This document shows positions 63,831 to 64,000 of a stretch of 64,000 nucleotides of DNA, piece by piece. The notes under the pieces are model-generated. The model saw nothing but the letters and a program-made list of their open reading frames with translations. It was not told the DNA's origin and ran no database searches. Each line of letters opens with the position of its first letter. Position 1 is the stretch's first letter. This stretch comes from Octopus vulgaris. Taxonomy: Eukaryota. The stretch spans positions 5,270,001 to 5,334,000 of the forward strand of contig OX597823.1 in the NCBI GenBank assembly GCA_951406725.2. The letters run 5' to 3'. A program made the translations under genes and the position numbers.

Positions 63831-64000
63831 GTAGACTTTATTAAATCTTTCCTCAAGCATACTAAGCCAGGCAATTTACACGTACCTCTAGGGCAGATAA
63901 GTAGGCCTGCAACCAAAATTAATCTAATGTTAATAGAAAGGAATTCAATGATTTACAGTGGATTAAGAATTTCATTCCCATAAAATTACTTTCCTTTAAA

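Noticed and set aside
63493-63834. ORF, or a further upstream exon of the minus-strand gene (donor-like site at 63537)
   Set aside because: Lies in the hAT fossil; all three minus-strand frames hit stops within a few codons of the donor.

Overview
Eukaryotic, AT-rich, repeat-dense genomic DNA. The SINE/LINE repertoire and microsatellites point to an octopus (coleoid cephalopod); this is inferred from the repeats and not proven. Two spliced genes converge. (1) On the + strand lies the 3' end of an extracellular heparan-sulfate 6-O-endosulfatase gene (Sulf1/2 family). Its exons are 10365-10505, 31845-31987, 34063-34180 and a terminal exon 41167-41333, with a possible alternative last exon at 35646-35674 and a probable ~3.8-kb 3'UTR. 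(2) On the - strand are four phase-consistent exons (59107-59016, 54745-54503, 53272-53088, 49044-48782) encoding 260 aa of a protein I do not recognise. The 21-kb Sulf intron holds an apparently full-length RTE-type LINE (12031-16151) with an intact ORF: APE endonuclease, RT, and a PHD-like finger inside the RT. It also carries a candidate in-frame GT-AG intron in its 5' end. The rest is Nin/Deu-type and CORE-type tRNA SINEs, truncated RTE copies, CR1, R4/Dong and Penelope fossils, Tc1/mariner/maT and hAT fossils, and MITEs. Unusual signals are two hammerhead-like motifs, an inverted LINE pair bracketing a Sulf exon, and at least five short-range inversion or fold-back events, two of them with visible inverted microhomology at the breakpoints. 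All calls are by eye; nothing was searched or computed.
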